A program made the translations under genes and the position numbers. Source: Octopus sinensis (lineage: Eukaryota). From it: 64,000 bases of DNA. The notes beneath the pieces are model-generated. The model ran no database searches. It had not been told where the DNA came from and saw nothing but the letters and a program-made list of their open reading frames with translations. How positions within the stretch are numbered: the stretch's first letter is position 1; each line of letters starts with the position of its first letter. Of this stretch, positions 26,373-38,933 are shown in pieces. The stretch spans positions 10,726,001 to 10,790,000 of the forward strand of contig NC_043012.1 of the NCBI RefSeq assembly GCF_006345805.1, in the 5' to 3' direction.

Positions 26373-26767
26373 AAGCAAGTGTATTTCTATGCGCGTTGTA
26401 TGTGGTACGTCCTTATATTCACGTGTGTGTGCTTGGTGTGTATATTTGTGTGCTTTGCCATAATTCTAGTGTGCACAAAAGAAAATTGTCACTCGTCATA
26501 AATCTCTCTCCCCCAGTTGATGTAGGAGTGCATGTAAGGGGGAAGATGGAAGAACCGAGACAAACATGACAGCCGACATAATAAAAAATGGGACGACAAC
26601 GGACGACGGTGGTGGTGGTGGTACAAGTCGTAATAGTACGTGCGGTGGGTTCACAGCAGTGTTAGTGATGGCTTTACTGGTAAGAATGGTGGTGGTGTTA
26701 GTAGTACTAGCAGAGTAATTAGTAACGGTTGGCATGTTGTCGAGGGTTTGGAGCTGATAGTGGTTCA

Positions 26768-27150
26768 TATGCGTGGCTGGGTGATAAGATGCTTGCTTCC
26801 CAACCACATGGCTCTCGGTTCAGTACCACTGCGTGCCACCTTGGGCGAGTGTCCTCTACTACAGCTTCGGGTTGACCAAAGCCTTGTGAGTGGATTTGGT
26901 AGGCGGAAACTGAAAGAAGCTCGGCATGTATATGTATAAATATATATGTATGTGTGTGTGTGTGTCTGTGTGTGTCCCACCACCGCTTAACAACCGGTGT
27001 TAGCGTGCTTACATCTCCGTTACTTAGCGGTTCGGCAAAAGAACACAATAGAATAAGTACCAGGCTTTAAAAATAAAATACTGGTGTCGATTTATTCGAC
27101 TAAAACTTCTTAGGCACAGCATGGCTGCAGTCTCACGACAAACAACTAAG
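26768..27150 (+). mobile_element. SINE family B
   Basis: Head gtggctgggtgataagatgcttgcttccc, spacer and 3' half. Confidence 0.8.
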
Positions 27151-28125
27151 GAGTGAAAAAATAATACACACACACACTATCATGGTGATGATTGCAGAGG
27201 AGATGTATATATTTATGTCCATAGTATTAGTGATGCTGGTGATTGTCGTGTTCCCGTTATAGAAATTTAATGTGGATTTATTATTTAAGCCCAATTTGTT
27301 CTTGATTGATTTAAGACATGATTAAAAAAGTTCTGGACGTGATGTTCCTGTTTTACTTCAGTCTTTTTGTGGTCTTGGGTTTTCTTTTCCAGACGTATAT
27401 GTCCTTCCTTTTAGGAGTATGATGTGATTTCAGAGGCGAGTGACGCGAGCATTCAGGCTGATATTTCTAGCAAACTGAGGCTATTTTTATATAGCGCATA
27501 TCACTGAAGTGGTTCGTTGTGATGATGGTGGAGGTGGTGATAGCTGCGAGTTATGGGCGATGATGCTTGGCGATGATGTTAACGAAACAATCAAGAAAGG
27601 ACGAACGAACAGGCGCAACAACAAAAGAAAAAAAAGGGCTCAGAAAAAAGGGAAAAAAACTCTCCCACACACACACACACACGCACGCACGCAGTTCACA
27701 AAGAAGAAAACAACAAAAACAAAAAATAAATATTGCCGACAGCCACATAAAAGACGAGTCAAAAATAATTGCTTGTTATGTAAAGAGGGAGAACAACTGG
27801 AGTCAAAGAAGAGCCGTGTGTGTGTTGTCACATAGCCACACACGCACTACCGCCATTACCCTACTGGCCCTACCCCCCACCACTATAATGAAGGGAGAAA
27901 AAAAAAGCAAGAGCAACGCCGATATTTAATAATTGAAAAACCTTAAGGAAATTAACATGGACGTCACTCCGAATAAGCCAGCCATGTAGATGTTTGTAGG
28001 ACACTCCAAATGACACTCCATATTGACTAATGACGTCTTCGTGGCTGCATGCGTGTGGTGGCGGAGGTGGGGTTGCTTACCGGCGTGCTTCCGAATGAAG
28101 TTTGGCATGCGATTATATATATGTG

Positions 28126-28168
<43 letters not shown>

Positions 28169-28492
28169 TATGTATATATATATACATGTGTGTACACATA
28201 CACAAAACGCACGCGTGCGCGCACACACTTAGAACATCGTAATTCCAAAGCCAAACTCCCAACCGTTCGACTATTAAACATACAGGGGGTCTCCGTCGGT
28301 TTCGAATCTGAGTATTCATTTGTTTGATCAACTGAATTCCCTACTTATTTAATTAACGTGTTACTGGCTGACCATTCCACAGGTATGTGTACCTTTAACG
28401 CAATTCTCAAGAAATATCATCGTAGCACGGCATACCCATCGTAGCTGGTTCTTTAAATCTCGAATCCAATCTATCTGACATGGTTCCGCACA

Positions 28493-28690
28493 TTTTCTTA
28501 TTTCTTTATTGCACACAAGGGGCTACACACAGAGGGGACAAACAAGGACAGACAAAGGGATTAAGACGATTACATCGACCCCAGTGCGTAACTAGTACTT
28601 AATTTATCGACCCCGAAAGGATGAAAGGCAAAGTCGACCTCGGTGGAATTTGAACTCAGAACGTAACGACAGACGAAATATTGCTATGTG
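28493..28690 (-). mobile_element. 5'-truncated long-tail SINE A, 12-bp TSD
   Basis: tggttccgcaca at 28481-28492 and 28691-28702. Confidence 0.85.
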
Positions 28691-29096
28691 TGGTTCCGCA
28701 CAGTTTCTGTCAACCCCATTTCCCTCACAAGGCCTGGGTCGACCCGAAGCAGTTAACTAACACAATAATAGAGGGTGTACGATATCTGACTTACTTGAAA
28801 GGTTAAACAATTCAAGCAATCGATAGGGAAAACTGTGTAAAGTTCCTCTTTATTTTAAGGGCTGAACGGCACTTCAGGTGGAAAATTACGTTTTCTTTAC
28901 TAAGATTGGAACTACACATGTAAGATTGAAATTGATGTTTTTACTTCATGTTACAGAGTACTCGGCAGAGAAATAAGCATACGCTAGAAGTACACGACAT
29001 CGGAGGCCCAAAACGTGATGAACTCTCACCGCATTTGAACATAGGACATAGATATAAACACATACGGCGTTAAATTGATTTGTTAATTGTGTGTTA

Positions 29097-29497
29097 ATAA
29101 AAATGGTTTAAAAATTTCGCACAAAGCCAGCTGTTTTGGGAGAGGGGTTTAGGTCGATTAAATCGACTCCAATATTCAACTGGTAGTTATTTTATCGAAA
29201 CTTAAAAGGAAGAAAGCCAAAGTCGACCTCGGCAGAATTTGAACTCAGAACGAGACGAAATATCTATTTCTTTACTACCCACAAGGGGCTAAACACAGGG
29301 AGGACAAACAAGGGCAGACAAACGGATAAAGTCGATTATATCGACCGCAGTGCGTAACTGGTACTTAATTTATCGACTCCGAAAGGATGAAAGGCAAAGT
29401 CGATCCCGGCAGAGTTTGAACTCAAAACGTAAAGACAGACGAAATATCGCTAAGTATTTCGCTCGGCGTGCTGATGATTCTGCCAGTTCACCGCCTT
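29097..29497 (-). mobile_element. Chimeric SINE A (long-tail copy inside an older short-tail copy)
   Basis: The long tail ...aaagaaatag is joined directly to atatttcgtctcgttctgagttcaaa, an internal part of family A. Confidence 0.8.
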
Positions 29498-31057
29498 TCT
29501 AACATTGTGATTTGGCCACAAATTTAGAAGCAGAAGGAGAGGATATGTGTGTGGTGGGGTCCTCTCTGGATTATGACTTCACCAGCACATTAGTTTTTTC
29601 TTATGAACACCCATGCCACAATGAAAGCGAAGTAAACTTCTATAAGGTACATGACCAACAATTATAGATGGGATGGTTAAGTTAAATACATCGATCCAAG
29701 AACTCGATTTTATCGATTCCGAAAGGATGAAAGTTTTAAGTCGACTTCGGCGGTTTTTGAACTCAGAATGTGATGGGACACAACTAAATAACCGCAAGAA
29801 CCTTATCCGAAGTTCTAATTTGGCTATCAATGCCAAAGTATAACTGATGTGCGTGCGTGTTTGTGTGTGTGGCAAAGCCATCTTTGCTTAACAAGGGGGC
29901 AAAATTTAAAAATCAAGCACGCAGTCGGATTTGATCTTAGGACAGAGAGAGAGAGAGCAGGAAATTGAGGTCGTCAACAGCAGCGGTCATCTCCAGTGAC
30001 CTCATGTCCATCATGAATGGCAGATCTATGTGGAAAGACTTTAAAAAAAAATAATAAACCAACGAAAGAATAAACCCCACCACCTTCAACCAGTCACCTA
30101 CCTAGCCAGCCAGCCAGGCAAGGAACCAAACAAGGAACCGAGTTCCTTGTTTGACAACAAAATAAGTAATTCCTGTCCAATAATCTGTGCAACTTTGGCC
30201 CATTGAAGTCAGTCAAAAGCGAAAGCTTGATTCCAATACAGTTTGACATTTTGTTAATTAAATAACTCTATAACAATTCGCTATTTATTTGTCTTTAACA
30301 CACACACACACACACACACGTGCGTACATATACCTACGTACCTATGTGTGCCAGTGTATATATGACCATGTTATATATTTAATCAAATACTTGTTCTCCT
30401 CCAAAACCCACCCACCCACCCATCTACCCCACCCCGCCATCACCACCACCACCATCACCATCACCACCATCACCGTCGCAATGGCAACGAGGTGCGATAA
30501 GGTAAATAAGATACATAGCGGAATATGTAATTACAAATTAAACGGAAATGAAAAACAGGAGGCTCGAGGTGAGGGGTAGATCGGGTGGGTTAGGGGTTGG
30601 GGGTTAGTGGTGATGGTGATGGTGGTGATGATGGCGATGGCGGAGTGACTGCAAACGACGGCAAGACTGCTGTGAACGAAGCGCAGGCGCATGTGAAGAT
30701 GGGGGTACGAAAGAGAAGGCGGGTGTGTACCAGTGATTGTGTGATTAAAACAAGAATGATGTCTAAGGACAGAAAACGTCAAAGAACTGCCAGCATTTTG
30801 GTAAATAAGGAAATAATGAGATCAACAAGAAGAACAACAATATTGGCATCAACGACAAGATAAGCACAAGACTTCATTTGTAAGAATTGGAAAAGCAACG
30901 AAGTAATTAAATAAATAAATAAACGGGCAACTAAAAAAAAAAATCGTCTTTCACTGCCCCATCCAGACCCGTTCCCTTATTTACTCGTGCACAATACGGA
31001 TGTTGTGGTTTGTTTCAAAACAAGCCGGAATTGTGTGCTACCATGTAGGAAATAACC

Positions 31058-31443
31058 GAGGAGGTGCAATGGCCCAGTGGTTAGGGCAGCAGACTCGCGG
31101 TCATAGGATCGCGGTTTCGATTCCCAGACCGGGCGTTGTGAGTGTTTATTGAGCGAAAACACCTAAAGCTCCACGAGGCTCTGGCAGGGGATGGTGGTGA
31201 TCCCTGCTGTACTCTTTCACCACAACTTTCTCTCACTCTTACTTCCTGTTTCTGTTGTACCTGTATTTCAAAGGGCCGGCCTTGTCACTCTCTGTGTCAC
31301 GCTGAATATCCCCGAGAACTACGTTAAGGGTACACGTGTCTGTGGAGTGCTCAGCCACTTACACGTTAATTTCACGAGCAGGCTGTTCCGTTGATCGGAT
31401 CAACCGGAACCCTCGTCGTCGTAACCGACGGAGTGCTTCCACC
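31058..31443 (+). mobile_element. SINE family D, full length, 11-bp TSD
   Basis: TSD aggaaataacc at 31047-31057 and 31444-31454; inverted homologue of 18321-18705. Confidence 0.9.
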
Positions 31444-32294
31444 AGGAAATAACCATATCTTGTGAATGGGGAAAAAATAAGAACAATAATAAAAGAGAAT
31501 ACAGTAATCATCATCATCGCCATCATAATCATCACCACCGCTATCATAATTAACCCAACATCCAGTAATAAGTTCTTGACTTCTTCCTCCAACTTATTCC
31601 GTACCAGTATCTTACATTTATTCTTTACTAGCTAAAAAGCCGCACTTCGGAGGTGTTTGATTAGGGGTTAAAGGCGAATGAGAATTATTTCTGAAATGCA
31701 ATCATTCTATTGTTCCAGTCCCAAGTGGAATTCCAACTGTTGACCAATTTGTCCCAAAGTTTTTATCTCGATGTAAAATCAATGAATCGAATGTATTTTA
31801 TCACTCCGTTGGTCTCTGATGTCATCTAACAAACGCCAACCAAGATGGCGTGAATCACTCAAGCTTTACCTCCTAGAAATAGCAACCCAAATGCTTTTAA
31901 ATCAGATCCCAATGCTGGTTGTTCAAGAACCAAATGAAGGGCAGATTTTCGATCCCGAGATCATCCCGATTCCCAAAAGGTATATGTCTATGCAGAACAA
32001 TTGTTGACTGAGATACGGGGGTCCCAGACGGACAGAGAATTTCGCTTTTGTTATGTCATTTTCACACGAATTGTCTGAGAGGAGAAAAAAAAAAGGAATT
32101 TACATTATGTTACACATCCTGGAGTATATTTATCTATTAATTCTATTTAAAGAGTAAATATTTAGAAATAGAAATATATATTTTTCAACGCGTAAATACT
32201 GATAGAACGGCATATATAGGATAAAATACTTTTAGAGTAGAAAAAAATTGTCAGCGCTGACAAATTTTTTTGCTCTAAAAGGATATTATCCTAT

Positions 32295-32474
32295 ACTAGT
32301 AGTATATAGCCCGTCGTTGCTCAGGTTTGTTTCAACCCTTTAGAATTGGAATTTTTGAAAAGTAAAAATTTTGCATTATGTAGCTTGTTATTCTCTTTAA
32401 GTGAACATTTTTCTGGTTGAAATACACCGAAAAATGGCGACACAGCAGTCAAAAAATCGGGAAAAATAGGGGAT

Positions 32475-32480
<6 letters not shown>
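32295..32480 (+). mobile_element. Helitron-like 5' fragment
   Basis: Starts actagtagtatatagcccgtcgttgctcagg, resembling the ACTAG...CCCGGCGTTGCTCGGG starts of non-autonomous Helitrons. Truncated by (TA)n. Confidence 0.4.
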
Positions 32481-32571
<91 letters not shown>

Positions 32572-33671
32572 ATTTAGCAGAAGCAACAGAGTGACTCAAG
32601 AGCTGAGAGTTTCGTGCGTTGGCACTTACAATCACTATATATATATATTTCACCGGTTAGAAAATAAAGATTTGAAGATGACCTCGGTAAGATTAGAAAC
32701 CCAGAACGAGAAGGTCAGAAAATAAAATGTCGAAGAAAAACAATTTAGACTTTTAGTCTGATTCTTTACCATTTCTAACCATTCTGTTCTGCTACGGCCG
32801 CCCCGAAACCCCCTGAATTATAGAAATATCATTACACACGTGATCTGGGTCAATAATAGCCGGAATTTATACGAGGTCAAACAACGAAATAAACAAGCCA
32901 CAGTAGAGAACAAACAATTGTAGTAGTAGTAGTAGTAATAGTAGTAGCAGCAGTAGTAGTAGTAGTAGTAGTAGTAGCAGCAGCAGCAATGATAATAAAG
33001 ATGATTTCTTCGCAATAAAAAAGTAAAACTAGCGCAAGTCCACAAACATAATAAAGCTAGAAGTGATGTGTGTTTTTTGGGTTCCACTGCTAACCAAACA
33101 CAATAAATAATGAAATAACAAAAAAGATACACCCAGAAGGGTGGTGACCCCTCGCACCCTAAGCACCCACCACTCCCCACCGTCAGTTATCAAAATAAAA
33201 ATAAAAATATATATATAAAAAAAGACAGTTGATAAAGTAACCATAAATCTTGAAAGCGAAAATATAAAATACAGCATCGCATTAAGAGAAGCGGTTTAAA
33301 ACAATAGCATTGATTAACTAAAAATACTGCTACCACCGACGCCACACCCCTACTACTACTATAAATTATCAACAACAATTGCTACTACTACTACTACTAC
33401 TTTTGAAGTCACAACAACGTTTATAGCGAAGGCAATACTAAATCACAATAAGAACAACGAAAACATCACCAACAGCATCACATTAAGAATCAAACAAACA
33501 TGCATACACACACACACATATATATATACATACACACACATTCATATATAAAGATATATATATATACACACATTCATATATAAAGATATATATATATATA
33601 CACACACATACATAAATATGAAATCGTGAAGGCGTTGATAGGGGCGCCATTGGAGATCATAATCATCATCA

Positions 33672-33817
<146 letters not shown>

Positions 33818-34155
33818 GTATATAGATATTATATATATATATGTTATATATATTATTTATGTGTGTGTGTGTACATGGTTACATGGTTGCCACTAGCAGC
33901 ACAGGCAACATCAAGATCCACGTTTGCTCGAGCAGAGTTGACCTGGGATGACACGACATCATTATCATCATCACCACCACTGAAGATACGCAGCAAACAA
34001 CGTCGGAATCAACACAACATAAATCACACCAACACCGCCGCCACCACCACAGTGCCCCATCTCCACCCTCCACTACTATCCCTGAATATCGTTCATCAAT
34101 AGTTAAATCAACAAGGCATCGATGAAGAGAAACACTGCAGTACGAAATATTAAAA

Positions 34156-34186
<31 letters not shown>

Positions 34187-35839
34187 GGTCTGATGAAAAA
34201 GTGAAGAGGTTGTAGGGTGAGGTGGCTAATAGGGGTTAATAGGGGTTGAAAGTGACAGGGTTAAATACGGGTGGAGGGGAGGATGAAGGGGAGTTACTGC
34301 ATTGAATTGAAAAGGGAGAACTGTGTGTAAACCCGGAAGTCAACGATAGAAAACTAATGGTGGAGCAAAAAGGGGAACTCGCTTAAAAGAGATTAGGAAA
34401 AGAAAATTGACCAACTACGCTTGATAAAGAAAGATTCTTCTTAAAGATACTCATATACGAGTACTTTTATATGCTAGTGTAATTACTGTGTGTGTGTGTG
34501 TGTGTGTTTGTACACCGATCCAAATAAATATATATACGTTGGTGTTCACATATGAAAGACGATAAGAGGGCCGAACGGAGTGTAAAAGTGAAAAGAAATA
34601 TGATAACTGGTGAACCCTTGTAGAAACTGTAAAATCGGAAAGTTATGGAATGAGGGAAGAAGTGGACAACTAGTGAAGAAACTTTTAGACACTAGTTAAA
34701 CTACAGAATTTATCAAAAGGATGTTTCAAAACGCTGCTGTTAGGTCTAGGACGATTGAAGAATGTGTTTTAGGGAGATACTTACATCCATCTGGTAAACA
34801 CACTAGTCAGATGTGTATAATCTCGCATGTATCTGCGTTTGTATATACACAATATGAATTAAAAGCAGCGCTAGTGTTGTAAACATTATCGACCACACAC
34901 AATATATGTAATCTACTTGTTCGCCGACAGACCGCAGTTTAGTGCAGTCAGGATGACTCCCGCGTATATCCATGCCCCATATATCTACACATGCATATTT
35001 ATCACTTCCAAGGTTCCGCTTGCTATGAAACACATGTGGCCCGGATCTTATTTACTCCATTTTTTAACTCTTGTATTCTTATTCGCATATCCAGCAACCC
35101 AGATTACCTACCGTAAGATATAAAGACCTTTTTTTTCAATTTATCGTATTTCGATAAGAAAAAAATCCACAACTTTCTGTCTCAACAAACCAATATTGTC
35201 CCCGAAAGTTGTTCTTTATATTAACTACGGATTGCTTGAAGCTAACTTTCTTCCTACACCTCGATCCTTAGATCTTATATACATGTATGTATGTACGTAA
35301 GACAGGCTTCTTTCAGTTTCCGTCTACAAAATCCACTCACAAGGCTTTGGTCGGCCCGAGGCTATAGTAGAAGACACTTGCCCAAGGTGCCACACAGTGG
35401 GATGAGAACCCGGAACCATATGGTTGGTAAGCAAGCTAGTCACCACACAGTCACTCCTGCACCTATATATATATATATATGACATTTCTACAAGACGTCT
35501 AGCGGGAATAAGGTGGTATTTTATTCTGTATATCGCAACAGTTCTTTTAAAATAACAAACAGCATATTGTCAAATGCTAACAGATTTCCATAAGACTGGA
35601 AGAAAACATTTCCAAAATACTGAAACTGGGAATAGGGTAAATAGCAGAAATTAATGACGGGGGAATTGGTCAAGGAAAAGAAGTCAAAATGTAATAATTA
35701 CAAATTAGATTAAATAATGATTAATGACTTCATCCGTGATAACTCCTTATGTAAATGCACTTCACTCTACAAAAGGATTATTGTTAAAATTAGTCTTATG
35801 ACTTTTTAAAGTGAAATATGGTTGTCTACAATTAAGAAG

Positions 35840-36040
35840 ATCCGCATGAACTACTTTGGTACCAGGGCGCTTCGTAGGATTATGGGTTACCATTGGTCGG
35901 ATTTCGTATACAGCCAACGGCTCTACTCAGCTCAGACTGTTTGGTCATGTTGATCGATTTTCCGAGTTAGACCCCGATTTCCATGCTCCCTTCACTGAGG
36001 ATCCGGCTGGGTTGATGGCTCGTGTTGGTCGACATTAAGC
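35840..36040 (+). mobile_element. RTE-clade LINE RT C-terminal fragment
   Basis: Reads RMNYFGTRALRRIMGYHWSDFV then, after a frameshift, QLRLFGHVDRF...EDP. These are the CLRRI.G..W.D.V and LR.FGHV motifs of RTE ORFs. Confidence 0.75.
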
Positions 36041-37210
36041 ATGTAGATACACGTCACCTCATTGCAACATGTAGCAGGCCTGACAATTGCTGAAAATATT
36101 CGGCATGAAACCAATGGTAGCCTTAACCCTTTTATTCATCAATGCAGTGTTGAGCACTCATTCTCAATGCTAGATATTAGAGCGCGTGTGTGTATATTTG
36201 ATGCTGAATAGTGTGTGCGTGTTCAAGACAGAACATAGATCCATATGTATCAATCACCAAGAGAAAGGTGATTGGCACGAAACCTTTGAATTTATAACAC
36301 ACACATACAAGCGCGCACGTGGGGGGGGGGACACGCAATTTTAAGAATCACGTAAACCAACTCTGAAAGTGAAATTCACTAACAAATGATAACATACTCC
36401 ACCACCACTATTATTATTATTATTATTATTACTACAAGTAGTAGTAGTAGTAGCAGCAGCAGCAGCGGAAGCGACAGCATGCAACATATGTCATACGCTG
36501 AGGAGTTGCGTCTCAAAATTTGATTCAATATGTTGTCACCGCAGATTAGTGCTTCCAATTACCTTTTACCGAAACCTGCATGGAATCGGTAATTAGCAGA
36601 GATGACAGTGGAGACGTAACGAGGTGCCGAGTGACAGCAGCAAGTAGCACACACACATACACACACATACACGCACGCACGCACACAGGTGTATCGATAC
36701 CTAGACAGGTAATAATACATTATCGTCTGCTCACTCCCACACGTTTACCTATTTACCTGTCTGTCATTGAGTGGGTCTTTATTTGTATATTCGTCTTTAT
36801 ATTAAGAGTTAGGCCACTTAGTCTATCTACATATGTATAAATAATCTTTCTACCTGTCTGCCTCTCTATCTATCTATCTATCTATCAACTTACCTACTTG
36901 CCTGTTTCCCTCCCTTCTCTCTATCTACCTACATGCCTGTCTGTTTTCCCTCTATCTCTATCTTTTTACATACCTACCTATCTGCCTCTCTCTACCTATC
37001 TGCCTCTATCTATATAATTGTCTGCCTCTCTATCTACTAGTCTATCCCTCTCTATCTATCAATCTATCTAATCTTATCTATATATCTATCTTATCTATCT
37101 ATCTATCTATACAACAAATAGACGAAGTGGGAATAACTATAAAATACAGGTAAATCTGGATAGATAGTAACACACAAATTACCCATTTAGTGACAGACAG
37201 ACAAGTAAAC

Positions 37211-37255
<45 letters not shown>

Positions 37256-38514
37256 TGCGTGCGTGCGTGTACGCGTACAGGGTGATAGACAAATATATAT
37301 GGAGGAAAAATACAAAACATTTTTAAATAGATGAAAGTGCTGAGTCAACAAGGCCTCGTCTTGCAACGCTACCACCACCACCATTACCACCATTACCACC
37401 ACTACTACTACAAGACTATAATGGCGGCGAACAAAACAGCTTTTCTTTGCTCTAAATATGGAAGACCATTAAAACAGTAAGAAAATAATTGAAGAAACAA
37501 TTACAAAAACAAAACTATAATAAAACCATATTTAAACAAAAAAACAAAAAAAAAACAGAAGATATTATCATCAGCGACAATATTTTAATGACAAGAACAA
37601 CAATATTTGATAGTAATGTTGACAACAGCAACTGCAGTCTTAGGTATCAATTTATTAATGCGGAGAGAAACAGTGATGGCATGTGTAATAGAATCTGTTA
37701 ATAATTTTGACGTAATTGGTTCCAAAGAGAAAGGAGAGACAGATAGGTGGAGGGAGGAGGAAGAGAAGGAGAGAAAAAAGGAGAGAAAAAAGGAGAGATA
37801 GGGGGAGAGAGGGGGGGGAGAAAGAAAGAAAGAAAGAAACAGACAGACAGGCAGAAAGTTCATTGTCGAGAGACAAACGGTGTAACATGAAAATAGATCC
37901 AAGTGTAAAAAAAAAAAGGAAAACTTAAAATGATGCAATCAGTAAAAAGGTTATATGTGTGCGTGAATGTGTGTATATGCATCAATGTGTGAATGTGTGT
38001 GTGTATATGCATCAATGTGTGAATGTGTGTGTGTGTATGTTATCTTGCTTTCTTTGACAAGACATTCAGACATACAATGAATGTCGCTACTGACAGTCAT
38101 TAGATGCAACCGTACCGTATTTATCCATCTGCCGATCTAATATATCTGCGTGTCTACATCTAATACGACGACCTACCAACCTACCTACCTACCATATGCA
38201 TACACACCACATACGTTCTTATTTAATAGTCGACAGAAGTTAAAGAGTGACTCGGGAACCGAGAGTTTCGTGCGTTGGCACGTATCAAACTTAACTATTT
38301 TCCTGTTTGCATTACCAAACCTACATGTCGCCATGATAGATCGTTAGCCACTACACACATTTTTTTCTCTTCTTGTTTTTTTTCTGTGTCCCTTTCTGTA
38401 GAAGAGCGTAGGCTCGAAACGTAAAAGACTTTTTCTATTCCTGAGCGTTATACTAATACATCTGTTTGTTTTGTACACCACCTGCCTTCGTCTTTTGTTT
38501 TTTTCCTAAACTCT

Positions 38515-38556
<42 letters not shown>

Positions 38557-38933
38557 AAAAATAGATAGATAATCTCTTTTACTCGCTTCAGCCACGTGGC
38601 TGCAGTCATGCTGGAGCACCAAAAATTGACCATCCTGGAATACAACAATATTTGTTTCAAATAATATTTCTGTTGTGGGCACAACGTCTGAAATGTTGTG
38701 GGTAGGGGCCTAGTCGATTACATCAACCATAGTGCTCCACTGGTACTTTTATTATCGACCCTGAAAGGATGAAAGGCAAAATCGACCAAGGCGGAATTTG
38801 AACTCAGAACGTAGAGACGGACGAAAAGCTGCTAAGCATAAATAAGAATAAAAATATTAGAGATTCAGCAAGAATTATCTGGAAAGTTCTCAATACAAAG
38901 GATAAACAAATATAAAGAGCAGAAAGTAGTATA

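Noticed and set aside
31058-31130. tRNA-like sequence
   Set aside because: It is the head of SINE family D (TSD-flanked, repeated at 18321-18705), not a tRNA gene.
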